26,768 nucleotides of DNA from positions 1 through 26,768 of IMG/VR virus record IMGVR_UViG_3300047476_000383. One strand, written 5' to 3'. The notes under the pieces were generated by a model, which saw only the letters and a list, made by a program, of their open reading frames with translations, made no database searches and had not been told where the DNA came from. Each line of letters opens with the position of its first letter. The first letter of the stretch is position 1. A program made the position numbers and the translations under genes. Positions 25,128-26,768 of this stretch are shown one piece after another. Origin of the DNA: a virus. Taxonomy: Duplodnaviria; Caudoviricetes.

Positions 25128-25493
25128 TTAATTTTTAGGCAAAAGGAATTTAAACCCATCAAAGCCCACCTGATTAGTTGAAAGCCAATTGACCATAAAT
25201 CTAAGTTGCATCTGCCATGAAGGCTCTAAGTCTTTACGCTTAGATAATTCAATCGCCAAGTGTTTGACGGCTTCAAGCATATATTTCTTTGTGTAAAAAT
25301 CACCGAACCTGTAAAGCGTATATTTGCCTGTCTTTACTGGCATTGTGTGATTCCATATCATGCGTAAAGTAAAAAATAAGTGCTTAGTTTCCATGTCTTT
25401 GGGATAGTAAAAATTATTGCTTCTATCCTTCCATCGCCAATTTAAATCTAATTCATTTTTGCTTGCTGATTCAATTTCCATGTTATCCCCCAT
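25128..25493 (-). CDS. Hypothetical phage protein
   Basis: 121-aa ORF; 'W.W.D......P.DMET.HLFFTLRMIWNH.MP'; start could be 25481. Confidence 0.7.
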   Translation of the reverse strand: MGDNMEIESASKNELDLNWRWKDRSNNFYYPKDMETKHLFFTLRMIWNHTMPVKTGKYTLYRFGDFYTKKYMLEAVKHLAIELSKRKDLEPSWQMQLRFMVNWLSTNQVGFDGFKFLLPKN

Positions 25494-25504
25494 GTGTTGA
25501 TATC

Positions 25505-25536
25505 AAAATTAAAAGAAAGGGGCTAAAAAACCCCTT
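25505..25536 (-). terminator. Possible rho-independent terminator
   Basis: - strand AAGGGG-ttttttag-CCCCTT followed by TCTTTTAATTTT. Confidence 0.4.
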
Positions 25537-25556
25537 AAAATTAATCCTAGGTGTAT

Positions 25557-25745
25557 TTATTTAAGTAAATGAGAACCCTTTTTCACATTTTTGCTTAAAC
25601 AGTATTTATTACCCATTGCCTCAATGACTGCTTTCACTTTTTTAGCGTGTTGCTTTTTGCTTTCCTCGCTTGGTGAACTTAGCCCATAAAAATTAGAGAT
25701 AACAAAATCGTCATCGCAATTACTAAACTTGAATAAATTAAACAT
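25557..25745 (-). CDS. Hypothetical protein
   Basis: GGAGG RBS; 'K.VI..MG.KYCL' motif. Confidence 0.65.
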   Translation of the reverse strand: MFNLFKFSNCDDDFVISNFYGLSSPSEESKKQHAKKVKAVIEAMGNKYCLSKNVKKGSHLLK

Positions 25746-25747
25746 AA

Positions 25748-25972
25748 TTAAACCTCCACAATTTTAAATGTATCAATGCTAGGTACGTCTTCCATATATC
25801 CATCAGCAACCGCCCTCTGCATATCATTTATAAAGCAATTAAGCTCATTTTCAGCCTCTTGGCGCGTGTTAAACGTAGTCTTGTAAGCTTCACCATCAGC
25901 GTCAACACTTAGCCAAGTATTTAGCCAACCATCAAACAAAGTAAACTCTTGAATTTCAAATTTAGTCTGCAT
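25748..25972 (-). CDS. Hypothetical protein
   Basis: GAGG RBS before ATG 25972 (MQTKFEIQ...), more plausible than the longer ORF-track start. Confidence 0.7.
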   Translation of the reverse strand: MQTKFEIQEFTLFDGWLNTWLSVDADGEAYKTTFNTRQEAENELNCFINDMQRAVADGYMEDVPSIDTFKIVEV

Positions 25973-26201
25973 ATTTAACCTCGCATTTAGCCTCTGTATT
26001 TTTAATACCAAAAAGAGCATCTCCAGCTTCACTAGGAAACCTACTGCCTAAATCAGCAATGTGCGTAATATCTTGTTTTTCATCAATGCCAAAGCATTGA
26101 CCAATGTAATACTTAATTTCAAATCCATTATTTACACGCACAACTCCAACATTTCCATGCCCAGCGCAAAACCATACAGTACCTAATATCTCAAAGCTCA
26201 T
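25962..26201 (-). CDS. Hypothetical protein
   Basis: GAGGGG RBS; tight packing. Confidence 0.7.
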   Translation of the reverse strand: MSFEILGTVWFCAGHGNVGVVRVNNGFEIKYYIGQCFGIDEKQDITHIADLGSRFPSEAGDALFGIKNTEAKCEVKYAD

Positions 26202-26203
26202 TT

Positions 26204-26356
26204 TTAAGCCCCCTCTTCAATTAATAACTGCTTAAACTCGTAGGCGCTTAATCTATCTTGCTTACTTAAATAAGCGGCTTCTATGTATCCATCTGAATGA
26301 CCTTTTTCTTTTAATTCTTTAATAAAATTTAATGCTTCTCGTATAAGTCTGTTCAT
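26204..26356 (-). CDS. Hypothetical 50-aa protein (not in ORF track)
   Basis: MNRLIREALNFIKELKEKGHSDGYIEAAYLSKQDRLSAYEFKQLLIEEGA; AAGGAG RBS. Confidence 0.65.
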   Translation of the reverse strand: MNRLIREALNFIKELKEKGHSDGYIEAAYLSKQDRLSAYEFKQLLIEEGA

Positions 26357-26378
26357 AATTATTCTCCTTAGAATTAAA

Positions 26379-26636
26379 TTAACTCATTAAATCGTGTATA
26401 TTTTCTTCATCATGTGGGCGCACTGATAAAACTTGGTCAATTGCCTCCTGTATCACTTCCCAATTAATTCCTTGATTGGCATCGTGATAATGAAAAAGTA
26501 ACTCAAGAACCTCCTTGCATTGCTCATCGGTTAAATGTATTCCATGTCTAATGGCTTGAGCGTTATTGATATCGTCATAGCCCCAAACATCATGCAATTC
26601 TGTTTCGCCCTTGGTATTAATAACTAAGTGAGCCAT
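26379..26636 (-). CDS. Hypothetical phage protein
   Basis: AAGGGG RBS before ATG 26636; 'W..DD...LTDEQC.EVL......HDA..GINWE.I'. Confidence 0.7.
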   Translation of the reverse strand: MAHLVINTKGETELHDVWGYDDINNAQAIRHGIHLTDEQCKEVLELLFHYHDANQGINWEVIQEAIDQVLSVRPHDEENIHDLMS

Positions 26637-26768
26637 TTTGAGCCCCTTTCGCATTGGTATAGTTAAACTCGGATTGTAAAATCAGCGCATGGCGCATAAT
26701 TTGAAATATTGCATAAGCCATAATAAGCCCCTCATCTGTTAGGAAAATGATTGCCTAGTGACAATCCT

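Overview
A fragment of a tailed dsDNA phage genome with podovirus-like architecture, in two convergent arms. The + arm (1-19198) is a tightly packed late operon: head-tail adaptor, tail nozzle/tubular protein, fibre/lectin proteins, an inserted HNH endonuclease, four large internal-virion (ejection-like) proteins and a lysis module (TIGR02594-type CHAP endolysin, holin-like genes). The - arm (19410-26654) carries early/middle genes: a GT-A glycosyltransferase-like protein, an HTH protein, RusA, an SSB-like protein, a RecT-like annealing protein, a YqaJ exonuclease and many small ORFs. The main observation is an acyl carrier protein (GLDSLD motif) plus a beta-ketoacyl synthase with an intact Cys-His-His triad. 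They are translationally coupled inside the virion operon, just upstream of a possible GNAT-like gene and an MG-starting hydrophobic ejection protein, which suggests a phage-encoded acylation/lipidation system for a virion protein (inference). Other observations: three tandem structured-RNA-like units with covarying stems and a loop E/sarcin-ricin GAA/AGUA motif where the two arms converge; a DnaA-box cluster plus AT-rich tract resembling a host-DnaA-dependent origin, next to a candidate antisense sRNA; and an unannotated secreted six-cysteine peptide. All family assignments come from motif recognition by eye, with no database search.
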